A stretch of 63,692 bases of DNA, filler included, from a candidate division TA06 bacterium SM23_40 (GTDB lineage Bacteria; LJUI01; SM1-40), in NCBI GenBank assembly GCA_001303705.1. It is 6 parts of 6 records of this genome, joined end to end, with 100 filler letters (N's around TTAATTAATTAA, not from the genome) between each part and the next. Parts side by side here need not be neighbours in the genome. Positions count along the whole stretch, not along the records: positions 22,890 to 38,233 come from LJUI01000063.1; 5 more parts are not named here. One strand, given 5' to 3'. Below are positions 26,158 to 35,600 of this stretch, piece after piece; within the stretch, counting starts at the first letter, position 1, and every line of letters begins with the position of its first letter. A program made the translations under genes and the position numbers. The notes below the pieces were generated by a model. It was not told where the DNA came from, made no database searches, and saw nothing but the letters and a program-made list of their open reading frames with translations.

Positions 26158-27107
26158 CTCACCTCCGCCCTGCTGAACCGAAGCGTAACACGAGGCGCGC
26201 TCGTTGCGGTGAGACGCAGGCGATACTCGTGGCTTCCTTCGGGGACATCGAATTCCAAGATCTCAGCCTTCGCAGGAATGAGATCGGTCCGTTCCACATA
26301 GATACTCTTCGTCGATTTCCTCCCGATGAGAGCAATGACCTGGGCCTCGGTCCCATCCCGGACGATCTGGATCGAGTACGGAACATCTCCCATCATCGAT
26401 TCATTGAAACTGAGTCGGGACCATATACGCAGCCGCGCAGGGCCTCCAACCCGGAGCCGCAGTGTCTCGTTCTGAGGCAGGGCATAGTACCTCGTCAACC
26501 TGGTGCGCGGCACGAGATCACACTCCCCGGCGTGGTTCACCGGGACTATCGTCTCCCAGGTCAGCTCCTGCGGCTGAGGTCGACGGTAGAATCTGACCGC
26601 AATCTTGGCTCCCGGCGGATCCTGCGCGGAGAATCGATATCGGTGCTGCCCGGCCGGCACATCGAAAGCGAAGGATTCCGCCTGACCGATCCTCGGCCCA
26701 CCCGTCCCCACGAGATTGGCCTTCCTCGACACCTCGCAACGCAGCGGGAAGACCCGCTCCCCTACTCCATCGTCACCGTTGACCGCTACAGAATAGCGGT
26801 ACGTCTCCTTCCTGTTGTTGCCGAGGAGAAGTCTCGTCCTCACCCTGAGGCGCGCCGGCCCCTCCACGTCGACCTGAGCGTTCTTCCCCGGCGCGAGCAG
26901 GGCGTATGCACGACGAGCTTCATCGATCACGACGTCGACCTTCTCTCCCTCGGCAGGGAACACCTCCCGCCATTCCTCCTTGCCGGCAGATCTCGCCCCG
27001 GTGCTCCCCACGAGCACCATGCTCAGGGCGATCACCGCCACCATGCCTGCGGACACTCCTCCCCGCAAATCCCACATCCCGGATCTCACAGTGATCACTC
27101 CTTCCAA
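26154..27107 (-). CDS. Exported hypothetical protein with two tandem beta-sandwich repeats
   Basis: Signal-like segment; internal repeat pairs VEGPARLRVRTRL / VGGPARLRIWSRL and FDVPAGQHRYRF / FDVPEGSHEYRL. Confidence 0.7.
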   Translation of the reverse strand: MEGVITVRSGMWDLRGGVSAGMVAVIALSMVLVGSTGARSAGKEEWREVFPAEGEKVDVVIDEARRAYALLAPGKNAQVDVEGPARLRVRTRLLLGNNRKETYRYSVAVNGDDGVGERVFPLRCEVSRKANLVGTGGPRIGQAESFAFDVPAGQHRYRFSAQDPPGAKIAVRFYRRPQPQELTWETIVPVNHAGECDLVPRTRLTRYYALPQNETLRLRVGGPARLRIWSRLSFNESMMGDVPYSIQIVRDGTEAQVIALIGRKSTKSIYVERTDLIPAKAEILEFDVPEGSHEYRLRLTATSAPRVTLRFSRAEVR

Positions 27108-27128
27108 ACTCCTGTCTTCGATAGTGCG

Positions 27129-28283
27129 CTATCTGGCCGGGCTTTGCCCGCGGTCGGGCGTATCGGAGGCCCGCCGGCCAGAACCTCTCCGGCCGCGCAG
27201 CAGACGGTGGGCCAGATCAACTCGTGCCAACGCAATCAACAATGCGAGCACCACGATCGAGGCCACCGCCGCCACCGGGACGGAGTACCGTTCTTTGATG
27301 AACACCTCTCCTTCGCCAGCCGCGGGAAGCGTCGATGGCGAGGCCACAAGACCATACTTTTCTACGAGCTCCTCGATCTTGAGGACGTGGATGATTGGAA
27401 TCCCCCGTTCACCCATCCTCACGAGCACGCCCTTCGGCTCCAGGGGTATCTCGGGCAGCTGCCTCGAGAGCCCGGTGGGTACGAGAAGGCCGACTTCCGT
27501 CGAACCGAGAACAGACGCTCCCCCACCGATGTTAATGTATGCCCGGATCTCTCCCTTTCCCGCCTCACGGTCGTAGATCTCCATCCTCCTCGCGATGCTT
27601 TTGCTCAATAGAGTCTCCCCGATCAGCTCGATCCCGTGGGCCGCAATGTTCTCCTGTATGAGCTCCCGCCCGCGCGGACTCAGCCCCCTTCCGCGATCGG
27701 ATCCTCCGCCCAGGGAGGCCGCTACCGAGCGGAACGGAAAGATCCCCTTCTCCCGCAGCGCCTCCTCCATATCGAGCCACGTCAACGACGGAACGTTCGC
27801 GCCCCACATCGATGCGCCAACGGACGTGATGATGATGGGCTCGAGTCTCAGCACGTGCATGGCTGCGTACAGGGCGATATTGAGGGAGGGAAAGGAGCCC
27901 GTGATCCCCACCGCAAGCTTATCGCCCTCGCCGAGCCCGGCCCCCTTCAACATGTCCACCATGACCGCCGCGAAGTTCGGATCCGCGGCGAGCAGCTTCG
28001 TATCGATATTGCTCCGATCAGTCGTGATGAGCGAGAACTGCTCTCCGATCAACCCCGTCTCGTTCGGATCGTTTTCGATGTCGATCGCCAGACCGCGTTC
28101 CTGGCGAACCTCCTTGATCGCCTCCCGTGCCGCCACGGCAAGGTTCGCGGCATCCACCTTCTGGCGGTAGTAGCGCTGACGCACACTCAGCTTCGAGCGC
28201 TCGACCACTCCCAGGGCGAGGATCGCGATGAGCGTCATCAGGACGAGGAGAGCCGGCGAAGGTCTCTGTGATTTCTGGTTCAT
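27129..28283 (-). CDS. pgsW: Poly-gamma-glutamate system protein (PgsW-type)
   Basis: NDPNETGLIG...ITT...PNFAA...GSFPSLN...ITSVGASMWGAN...YINIGGG; N- and C-terminal TM helices; directly follows pgsC. Confidence 0.85.
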   Translation of the reverse strand: MNQKSQRPSPALLVLMTLIAILALGVVERSKLSVRQRYYRQKVDAANLAVAAREAIKEVRQERGLAIDIENDPNETGLIGEQFSLITTDRSNIDTKLLAADPNFAAVMVDMLKGAGLGEGDKLAVGITGSFPSLNIALYAAMHVLRLEPIIITSVGASMWGANVPSLTWLDMEEALREKGIFPFRSVAASLGGGSDRGRGLSPRGRELIQENIAAHGIELIGETLLSKSIARRMEIYDREAGKGEIRAYINIGGGASVLGSTEVGLLVPTGLSRQLPEIPLEPKGVLVRMGERGIPIIHVLKIEELVEKYGLVASPSTLPAAGEGEVFIKERYSVPVAAVASIVVLALLIALARVDLAHRLLRGRRGSGRRASDTPDRGQSPAR

Positions 28284-28729
28284 AAGAAGACGTTACCCCC
28301 GTGCACGACGATGAGGATCAGCCGGACGAGAACTGCCGCGACCAGCATCGTGCTGATCGTCTTCCAGACGCCCTGACGCTCCATCCACAGGGCGATCAGT
28401 CCCGGTATGACGTACCCAACTGCCTGCAGGCCCAGCGTCAGCTCTGGAAACGTGAAGACCATCAGCTCCCTCGACAGTGCGCCGAACACGAAACCGATCA
28501 GTACTATGATGACGATACGCCTGCGGCCATAGATCAGCATGAAGTTGGATAGGAGTCGGACGCAGAGGTATGTGACCAGACTTACTACGATAGTGCCGGC
28601 GACGCGCCAGGGCTCCCCCAGGGCGAGAGCCATGTACCCCGGCACGATCATCCCGCCCGCAGCCAGGCCGAGCGTCTCGGAAAAGAGCAGGCTGATGAAC
28701 AGCCCGAGTCCTATGGCTTCAATAATCAA
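28280..28729 (-). CDS. pgsC: Poly-gamma-glutamate biosynthesis protein PgsC/CapC
   Basis: TTG start; GLAAGGMIVPGYMAL, LIYGRRR and GYVIPGLIALWMERQG. Confidence 0.93.
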   Translation of the reverse strand: MIIEAIGLGLFISLLFSETLGLAAGGMIVPGYMALALGEPWRVAGTIVVSLVTYLCVRLLSNFMLIYGRRRIVIIVLIGFVFGALSRELMVFTFPELTLGLQAVGYVIPGLIALWMERQGVWKTISTMLVAAVLVRLILIVVHGGNVFL

Positions 28730-29894
28730 TCTGTTCGCCCCTGTTGGCAAAGAACTGGACGATCCGCTCACCCAGGCCGACTATGTTCCCAATCGCGAAT
28801 GTAGTGGACTGCCCCTTCGTCAGAAACGTCACTCGTTCGAACACCTCCTCAACGCTCATGCCTCCCAGGTCCTCGATCCGCGACGGCGATACGCCAAAAG
28901 CGATAGCGTGATCGAAGGCGGCTTTCGTAAGCTCGCCCGTGAGGAGATAGTGATCGGCTGTGATCCTGGTGGCGATCAGCTCACTCATCTGCTTCGACCG
29001 CTCGATGCGGTCAGCGCGGCAGTTCAAGATCACGATCGTCTGATGCGAGGGGTCAGCTTGCAGATGGAGTCTGTCCCAGATGAGGTAGATCGACTCGGGG
29101 TCGTTCACAGCGAGGGCGTTGACGAAGAGGATTTCCTTATTGAAGAACTGGATGCGATACGCCTTGAGAACACCCGGATCGGGTCTGGCCTCCTGCATCC
29201 CGGCGAGGGCTGTGGTGCGATCGATCCCCAGGTGGCCGCAGACGGCGAGCGCGAGTGCCACGTTCTCTTTCCATTCGAGGTGATGAAACCCGCGTATCTC
29301 ATCGTCGCTCACCGATGCCGGCTCGACGAGGTAGACCGTGGCGCCGCTCGAGGTCGCGGAGCGGCGGAATATGCCGAACCGCTCTGCCTCTGTCGTGAAG
29401 ACTGCTCCGCCCTCGGGAATCGCCCCGGCGAAGGATGCCGCAACAGCATCGACCGAGCCACCCATCTCGTCGAGATGGTCCGGTCGTGCGTTCGTGATCA
29501 CCCCCACTGTCGAACGGATCATCCGACGTTCACTGATGAGCTGAAGCTCGGGCCGGACAGCCATACATTCGACGACGAGGGCATCGACCCCTCGCCGCAC
29601 CGCCCTTCGTATGATCGCGAGCTGCTCGCGGATGCTCGGTTTGCCTACACGCTCTATCTCCCGCTCGGTCCCGTCCTCGAAGATGAGCCTGGGGTGAGTC
29701 CCCGTTGTCTTCGCCAGCGTCCGGAGGCCTCCAGCCCTCAGTCCGCCGGCGATGAGACGCGTGACAGAAGATTTCCCGCGCGATCCATTGACATGGATCC
29801 GGATCGGGATCTTCCGCAGATTACACAGGTTGATGGCGTTCTCCGCCACCCCGAGAAGGACCAGGAGAACCAGTATCGAGAGTACGAGCGCCAC
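28719..29894 (-). CDS. pgsB: Poly-gamma-glutamate synthase PgsB/CapB
   Basis: IPIRIHVNGSRGKSSVTRLIAGGL, KTTG, ECMAV, ITNARPDHLDEMG, NDPES and RADRIERS. Confidence 0.95.
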   Translation of the reverse strand: MALVLSILVLLVLLGVAENAINLCNLRKIPIRIHVNGSRGKSSVTRLIAGGLRAGGLRTLAKTTGTHPRLIFEDGTEREIERVGKPSIREQLAIIRRAVRRGVDALVVECMAVRPELQLISERRMIRSTVGVITNARPDHLDEMGGSVDAVAASFAGAIPEGGAVFTTEAERFGIFRRSATSSGATVYLVEPASVSDDEIRGFHHLEWKENVALALAVCGHLGIDRTTALAGMQEARPDPGVLKAYRIQFFNKEILFVNALAVNDPESIYLIWDRLHLQADPSHQTIVILNCRADRIERSKQMSELIATRITADHYLLTGELTKAAFDHAIAFGVSPSRIEDLGGMSVEEVFERVTFLTKGQSTTFAIGNIVGLGERIVQFFANRGEQIDY

Positions 29895-30112
29895 ACCCTC
29901 TCCTATTCTACAAATACACCCCTTAACCAGGGGTCCTCGATCAAAGCGGAACGCGGCCTGCGACAGTAACGCCGACTCAGCCCCATAGCTGAGAAAAACG
30001 AAACGTCCACACAGTGCCGCCGTGGCGGCTATGCGGACCTGCCGGCCAGTCTCGTCCGCGAAATGGACCTGCCCGCCAAATCCTGGGTCTGCTGCCTACT
30101 ACGACATTCCTA

Positions 30113-30142
30113 ATGGTATCATCTATTATAGCGACGTGTCAA
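30113..30142 (-). promoter_or_regulatory. Possible sigma70-type promoter for the pgs operon
   Basis: TTGACA-18 nt-TACCAT on the minus strand, upstream of pgsB. Confidence 0.45.
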
Positions 30143-30157
30143 GAGGATTCTGCCTCC

Positions 30158-30547
30158 CTAGGACCCCGCCTCCCCCGCCCTGGAAAAGAGGGCCGCCCCC
30201 TCAGCGCTGAGCGTAACCCACAGGCAGTAGATGCCGAATGCGGTCCCCAGCGGGAACCAGAGCAGGCTCAAGATGGCCAGGACGATCTGGAGCACACGGG
30301 ACCAGGGCCGCAGCCTGAGAAGGCCGATGCCGGCTATGATCCAGGCGCAGCCTGTGACGAGGAGCCAGGAGACGAGAAGAACGAGCAGGGGAACCAATGC
30401 CAGCAGGGGCGGCACTTCGTCCTCGCAATAGAAGAAGAGCCCGCTCCCCATCAGCATGAGGATGAACGCGGCCAGGACGGTACTGAGAAGCTGAATGCCG
30501 CCCACGACCAGGTCGAGGACGGCGACAACCTTCACGTGCTGTTCCAT
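30158..30547 (-). CDS. Small hypothetical membrane protein (3-4 TM)
   Basis: GAGGAG SD; hydrophobic, with GIGLLRLRPWSR...FPLGTAFGIY. Confidence 0.75.
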   Translation of the reverse strand: MEQHVKVVAVLDLVVGGIQLLSTVLAAFILMLMGSGLFFYCEDEVPPLLALVPLLVLLVSWLLVTGCAWIIAGIGLLRLRPWSRVLQIVLAILSLLWFPLGTAFGIYCLWVTLSAEGAALFSRAGEAGS

Positions 30548-30789
30548 GTGACTCTCCTCGCGCTAGTTATGCAGATCGGAGGATCGCTGCAATCAGTCTC
30601 TCTCTATCGCACCCATCTCCGGCCGGACAGGAGGGAGAATGGTCCTTCCCCTGTCGGTCTGGTCAACCATCTCCGTTCAGAGAGTTGAGTGTACTGCCGC
30701 CCATCGTCTGTGTCAAGTTCTCCGTGGTGAAGAAGCCCGACGGTACAGCCATCACACCGACGCGACCAGGTGCCTCGGGCATTTTTTCT

Positions 30790-30818
30790 TTGACACCTCT
30801 CACAGAGGAAGGTATGAT
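30790..30818 (+). promoter_or_regulatory. sigma70-type promoter for the NSS transporter
   Basis: TTGACA-17 nt-TATGAT. Confidence 0.7.
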
Positions 30819-30916
30819 GAGCGAGTATCGTCTGCAAATGTACACTGCATGTGCAGAGTACACGCGCCTAAGACTGAACTCCGTGTTGGCCTCGAGCCTT
30901 GAAGAGGAGGACTGCA

Positions 30917-32428
30917 ATGGGACGAGACCGGTGGAGCAGTCGCCCCATCTTCATCATCGCTGCCATAGGCTCAGCCGTTGGGTTGGGGAACATCTGGAGG
31001 TTCCCATATGTTTGCTATGAGAACGGCGGCGGGGCCTTCCTCATTCCCTATTTCGTCGCGCTCTTCACCGCGGGCATCCCGCTCATGATTCTCGAGTATG
31101 GCCTGGGACAGCGAATGCAGGCCGGCGCTCCCCTCGCATTCTGGAAGATCAGGAAGGGGTGGGAGTGGCTGGGATGGTGGGCGATCCTCACCGGCTTCGG
31201 CATCGTCATCTACTACGCGGTGATCATGGCGTGGTGCTTCTGCTACCTCGCCTATTCACTCAAGCTCTCGTGGCAGCCAGATACCGCCAGTTTCTTCTTC
31301 CAGCGTTTCCTCCAGAGCGGCGAAGGTCCGGGCCAGCTCGGCGGCCTGCGCTGGCCGATCCTGGTCGGGCTGGCCCTCACCTGGATTTCGATCTATTTCG
31401 CCATCTTCAAGGGAGTGAAGTCAGTCGGAAAGGTGGTCATGGTGACGGTCCCGCTCCCGGTCATACTGATCGGGGTCTTCGTCGTGCGCGGGCTCACTCT
31501 GCCGGGGGCCATCGAGGGCCTGCGGTTCTACCTCACTCCCGACTTCGGACAGCTCCTCAATCCGAGGGTCTGGCTCGCCGCATATGGCCAGGTCTTCTTC
31601 ACCCTCAGCCTCGGGTTCGGCGTCCTCATCGCCTACTCGAGCTATCTCCCCAAGACCTCGGATGTGAACAACAACGCCTTCATCACCAGTCTGGCCGATG
31701 CGGGTATCAGCTTTTTCGCAGGGTTCGCCGTCTTCAGCACCATCGGCTACCTGGCGTTCCAGAATAGCCAGCCCGTGAGCGAGGTGATAACGCAGGGCAT
31801 CGGCCTGGCGTTCATCGCATACCCCACCGCCATCAGCTTGCTACCCCTGGCGCCGGTGTTCGGTATCCTCTTCTTCATCCTCCTCCTTACCCTCGGGATC
31901 GACTCCGCGTTTTCGCTCGTCGAGGCGGGGGTGGCAGGGATCGAGGACGAATGGCACATACCCCGGAGGTATATAGTCATCGGCATCTGTCTTCTGGCCT
32001 TCATCGGCGGAATCGTCTTTACCACCAGGGCCGGTCTGTACTGGCTCGACATTGCTGACCACTTCCTCACCAACTTCGGGCTCGCCACCGTGGGACTGCT
32101 CGAGTGCATTGTCGTCGGCTACCTGTACGGCACCCGGCGGTTCCGCAGTCTCGTCAACCCGCATTCTGACTTCAGAGTCGGCATCTGGTGGGACGTCTGT
32201 ATACTCGTTATCACGCCCCTCATACTCGTCATTTCACTGGGCAGGATTGCATGGGAACGCTTCAGGGTCCCCTATGAGGGATATCCGCAGTGGGCGCTCG
32301 CCCTCGGAGGGTGGGGCCTCGTCCTCGCATGCCTCATCCTGGCCATTATCCTCATGGTGGGGAGCAGACGTTCGCCCGGAGACCTCGAAGCCGCAGCCCG
32401 TACCGGATCGGAGTCGGAATCGGATTGA
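30917..32428 (+). CDS. Sodium-dependent transporter, neurotransmitter:sodium symporter (NSS/SNF) family
   Basis: RDRWSSR...GSAVGLGNIWRFPY...NGGGAFLIPY; GQVFFTLSLGFG; LGIDSAF. Confidence 0.95.
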   Translation: MGRDRWSSRPIFIIAAIGSAVGLGNIWRFPYVCYENGGGAFLIPYFVALFTAGIPLMILEYGLGQRMQAGAPLAFWKIRKGWEWLGWWAILTGFGIVIYYAVIMAWCFCYLAYSLKLSWQPDTASFFFQRFLQSGEGPGQLGGLRWPILVGLALTWISIYFAIFKGVKSVGKVVMVTVPLPVILIGVFVVRGLTLPGAIEGLRFYLTPDFGQLLNPRVWLAAYGQVFFTLSLGFGVLIAYSSYLPKTSDVNNNAFITSLADAGISFFAGFAVFSTIGYLAFQNSQPVSEVITQGIGLAFIAYPTAISLLPLAPVFGILFFILLLTLGIDSAFSLVEAGVAGIEDEWHIPRRYIVIGICLLAFIGGIVFTTRAGLYWLDIADHFLTNFGLATVGLLECIVVGYLYGTRRFRSLVNPHSDFRVGIWWDVCILVITPLILVISLGRIAWERFRVPYEGYPQWALALGGWGLVLACLILAIILMVGSRRSPGDLEAAARTGSESESD

Positions 32429-32449
32429 TAACTGCAAGGAGATACACTG

Positions 32450-32551
32450 ATGCTCAGCCTCTCCGCTATTCTGATGCTCGTATTCGGATGTCTGGTGCTG
32501 TACGGCGGACTCGCATGGTGCATCATTCTCGCATGCAGACGGCGGGATTAG
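32450..32551 (+). CDS. MetS-type NSS transporter small subunit (not in ORF track)
   Basis: AAGGAG SD; MLSLSAILMLVFGCLVLYGGLAWCIILACRRRD, a single TM, directly after the NSS gene. Confidence 0.8.
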   Translation: MLSLSAILMLVFGCLVLYGGLAWCIILACRRRD

Positions 32552-32575
32552 TCTGTTTTGCGACTCCTTTTGGAC

Positions 32576-32604
32576 TTGACAGTCAAGATTCCCTCTGGTA
32601 GAAG
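32576..32604 (+). promoter_or_regulatory. Possible promoter for the CoA-activase gene, with the -35 box inside a palindrome
   Basis: TTGACA-17 nt-TAGAAG with extended TG; TTGACAGTCAA inverted repeat. Confidence 0.5.
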
Positions 32605-32674
32605 TTTGTCGCTACTATCTAGAATGGTCAGTCAACAACGGTCAGTGAACCAGTCCGAGCGGGAGAGAATCTGA

Positions 32675-35600
32675 ATGCGCGAAGATCTGGCGGCCGACAG
32701 CAGTGGTGATGTGTACCTCGGGATCGATGCCGGCTCCGTGAGCATCAACACGGTGGTCATCGATCGGACAGGAGAGGTCCTCGAGGAACACTATACCCGT
32801 ACCAATGGGCGGCCGGTGGAGACAGTGATCCACGTCCTCTCCGATGTTCTTCTCCGGTTCCCTCCGGAAAGGATCGCGTGCGTTGCCACGACCGGCTCGG
32901 GCGGGAAGTTGATCGCCAGTCTGAGTAACGGTCACTTCGTCAATGAGATCGTGGCGCAGGCCGCCTCCACTGCGAGGCTCCTCCCGGACGTTCGCACTGT
33001 GATCGAAATGGGCGGAGAGGATTCTAAGCTGATCATCCTCGACCCCGACCCGGCGACCGGCACAGTGGGCCTCCGTGACTTCGCCATGAATACGATCTGT
33101 GCGGCGGGCACCGGATCGTTCCTCGACCAGCAGGCAAGCCGCATGGGGATATCGATCGAAGACGAGTTCGGCGCGCTCGCCCTGCGTTCTACGTCTCCCC
33201 CGCGCATCGCAGGCCGGTGCAGCGTTTTTGCCAAGTCCGATATGATCCACCTGCAGCAGATCGGAACTCCCGACTATGACATCGTCGCCGGCCTCTGCCA
33301 CGCAGTGACCAGGAGTTTCCTCTCCAATGTCGGCCGCGGCAAGGAGTTCACTCCGCCGATCTCCTTCCATGGTGGAGTCGCGGCCAATAAGGGCGTGGTA
33401 AGGGCCTTCGAGCAGGCTCTCGGGCTCTCTCCCGGCGAGCTGATCATTCCCCGGTACCACGCATCGATGGGGGCTATCGGTGCTGTCTTACAGACCGTGC
33501 GATCGGCAGAGCTCCGGCCGCCCCGATTCGACTGGCTGGGCACCACGGGAGCAATCCCTTCCTCAGCCTCCAGCCGGACCGGAGAGACTCCCTTCTGTCT
33601 CTCCGGCAGTACGGTTCCCCATCACGTCGACTATGAGAAGGAGAATGAGCGGACCGCCTACACGATGGTACACAGCATCCCCGACGGTATGATCGAAGAC
33701 GTATTCATCGGGGTCGATATCGGCTCCCTCTCCACTAATGTCGTCGCCATCGATAGGCAGAAGCGTGTCGTTGCGAGGCGCTACCTCCGCACTGCCGGCA
33801 GGCCGCTGGTTGCAGTCCAGCGTGGGCTGGCAGAGATCGGCGAGGAGATCGGGGATCGGGTGCGGGTGCATGGCATCGGCACGACCGGATCAGGGCGCTA
33901 CCTCTCAGGGGACTTCGTCGGCGCGGATGTCGTGCGCAACGAAATCACTGCGCAGGCCGTGGCAGCCATAGAGATCGATCCCACGGTCGATACCATATTC
34001 GAGATCGGCGGACAGGATTCGAAGTATGTCGGACTTCATCGCGGAGCGGTCGTCGACTTCACTATGAATAAGGTCTGCGCCGCAGGAACAGGATCGTTCC
34101 TCGAAGAACAGGCCGAAAAACTGAACATCGACATCGTCGAGGATTTCGGAACGCGAGCGCTCGCTGCCCACACGCCGGCGGACCTGGGTGATCGCTGCAC
34201 GGTCTTCATGGAGTCGGATCTGATCGACCATCAGCAGCGCGGCGCTGAGCTGAACGACCTGGTCGCGGGGCTCTCCTACTCGATTGTCCATAACTATCTC
34301 AATAGAGTCGTCGGCGAGCGACGCATCGGGGAAAGGATATTCTTCCAGGGTGGTGTTGCCTGGAACCGAGGAGTGGTGAAAGCCTTCGAGGATGTCACCG
34401 GTAAATCGATCACGGTGCCGCCGCATCATGACGTGACCGGAGCGATCGGAGCCGCCATCCTGGCGATGGAGTGGGCGGATGCTCATCCAGAAGAAGAGAC
34501 GACCTTCAAGGGGTTTGACCTCTCAACGCGCACCTATGAGTCGACCACTGTCGTCTGCAAGGCATGTGAGAACACGTGTGAGATCAGAAAGGTTACGTTC
34601 CAGGGAGAACGGCCCCGGTACTATGGCACGCGATGTGAGCGATTCGAGATCGATACCGGCGCCAAACAAGAGGAACGCGACATCCCGGACCTGTTCGCGG
34701 AACGCCAGGAGATGCTCCTCGGCTCACTCTCGTCATCGGCATCAGGGTCGAGAACGGGCGGCAGGCCCCGGATCGGGATACCGAGGACGCTCAGCTTCTA
34801 CGAGCTTCTCCCGTTCTGGCGTTCTTTCTTCGAGACCCTGGGGTGCGAGGTCGTGCTTTCGCCGGAGTCGACCCGGCCGCTCATCCGCCGATCCATCGAG
34901 TCGAGCGTGGCCGAGACCTGCTTCCCTGCCCGAGTCGTCCACGGCCACGTACTCCACCTCGCCGAGTCGGACGTGGATGCGATCTTCCTTCCCAGCATAA
35001 TCAACCAGGACATGAGTGAGAAGCGGTTCGTACAGAACTACCTCTGTCCCATCGTCCAGGCGATTCCGTATGTGATCCGCGCCGCCTTCGAGGGCACCGG
35101 GCTGGGCGTCGAACTCCTCACTCCGCCGGTCCACTTCGGCAGCTCTGCGAAGCGCCTCGCGAAAGATCTCGAACCGATAGCGCACTATGTCGGGGCCTCG
35201 TCAGGCGAATTCCACCATGCCATTGATGAGGGCAATCGACAGCAGCGCCTCTTCCGCGAACATCGCATGCAAAAGGGGAAGGAGATCCTGGACGAGCTTC
35301 ACAAGTGGGATCGGGCAGTGGTCATCATCAGCCGCGCGTATAACGGGTGTGACCGGGGGATCAACCTCGATCTGCCGCGGAAGCTCGCCGACCTGGGTGC
35401 CCTGGCGATACCCATCGACCTTCTCCCCCTCGAGGAGATCGACATCTCTGATCGCTACCCTGACATGTACTGGTGGTACGGCCAGAAGATACTGGCGGCA
35501 GCGGAACTCGTCGCACGAACACCCCGGCTCCAGATGGTCTATCTGACGAATTTCAAGTGCGGTCCGGACTCATTCATTCTTCACCTGGTTCGTGAAGTTC

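Noticed and set aside
29895-30112. Possible c-di-GMP-type riboswitch in the long pgsB leader (GGCAGGTCC twice)
   Set aside because: It lacks the GCAAA/GAAA tetraloop-receptor core, so it is unsupported by eye.
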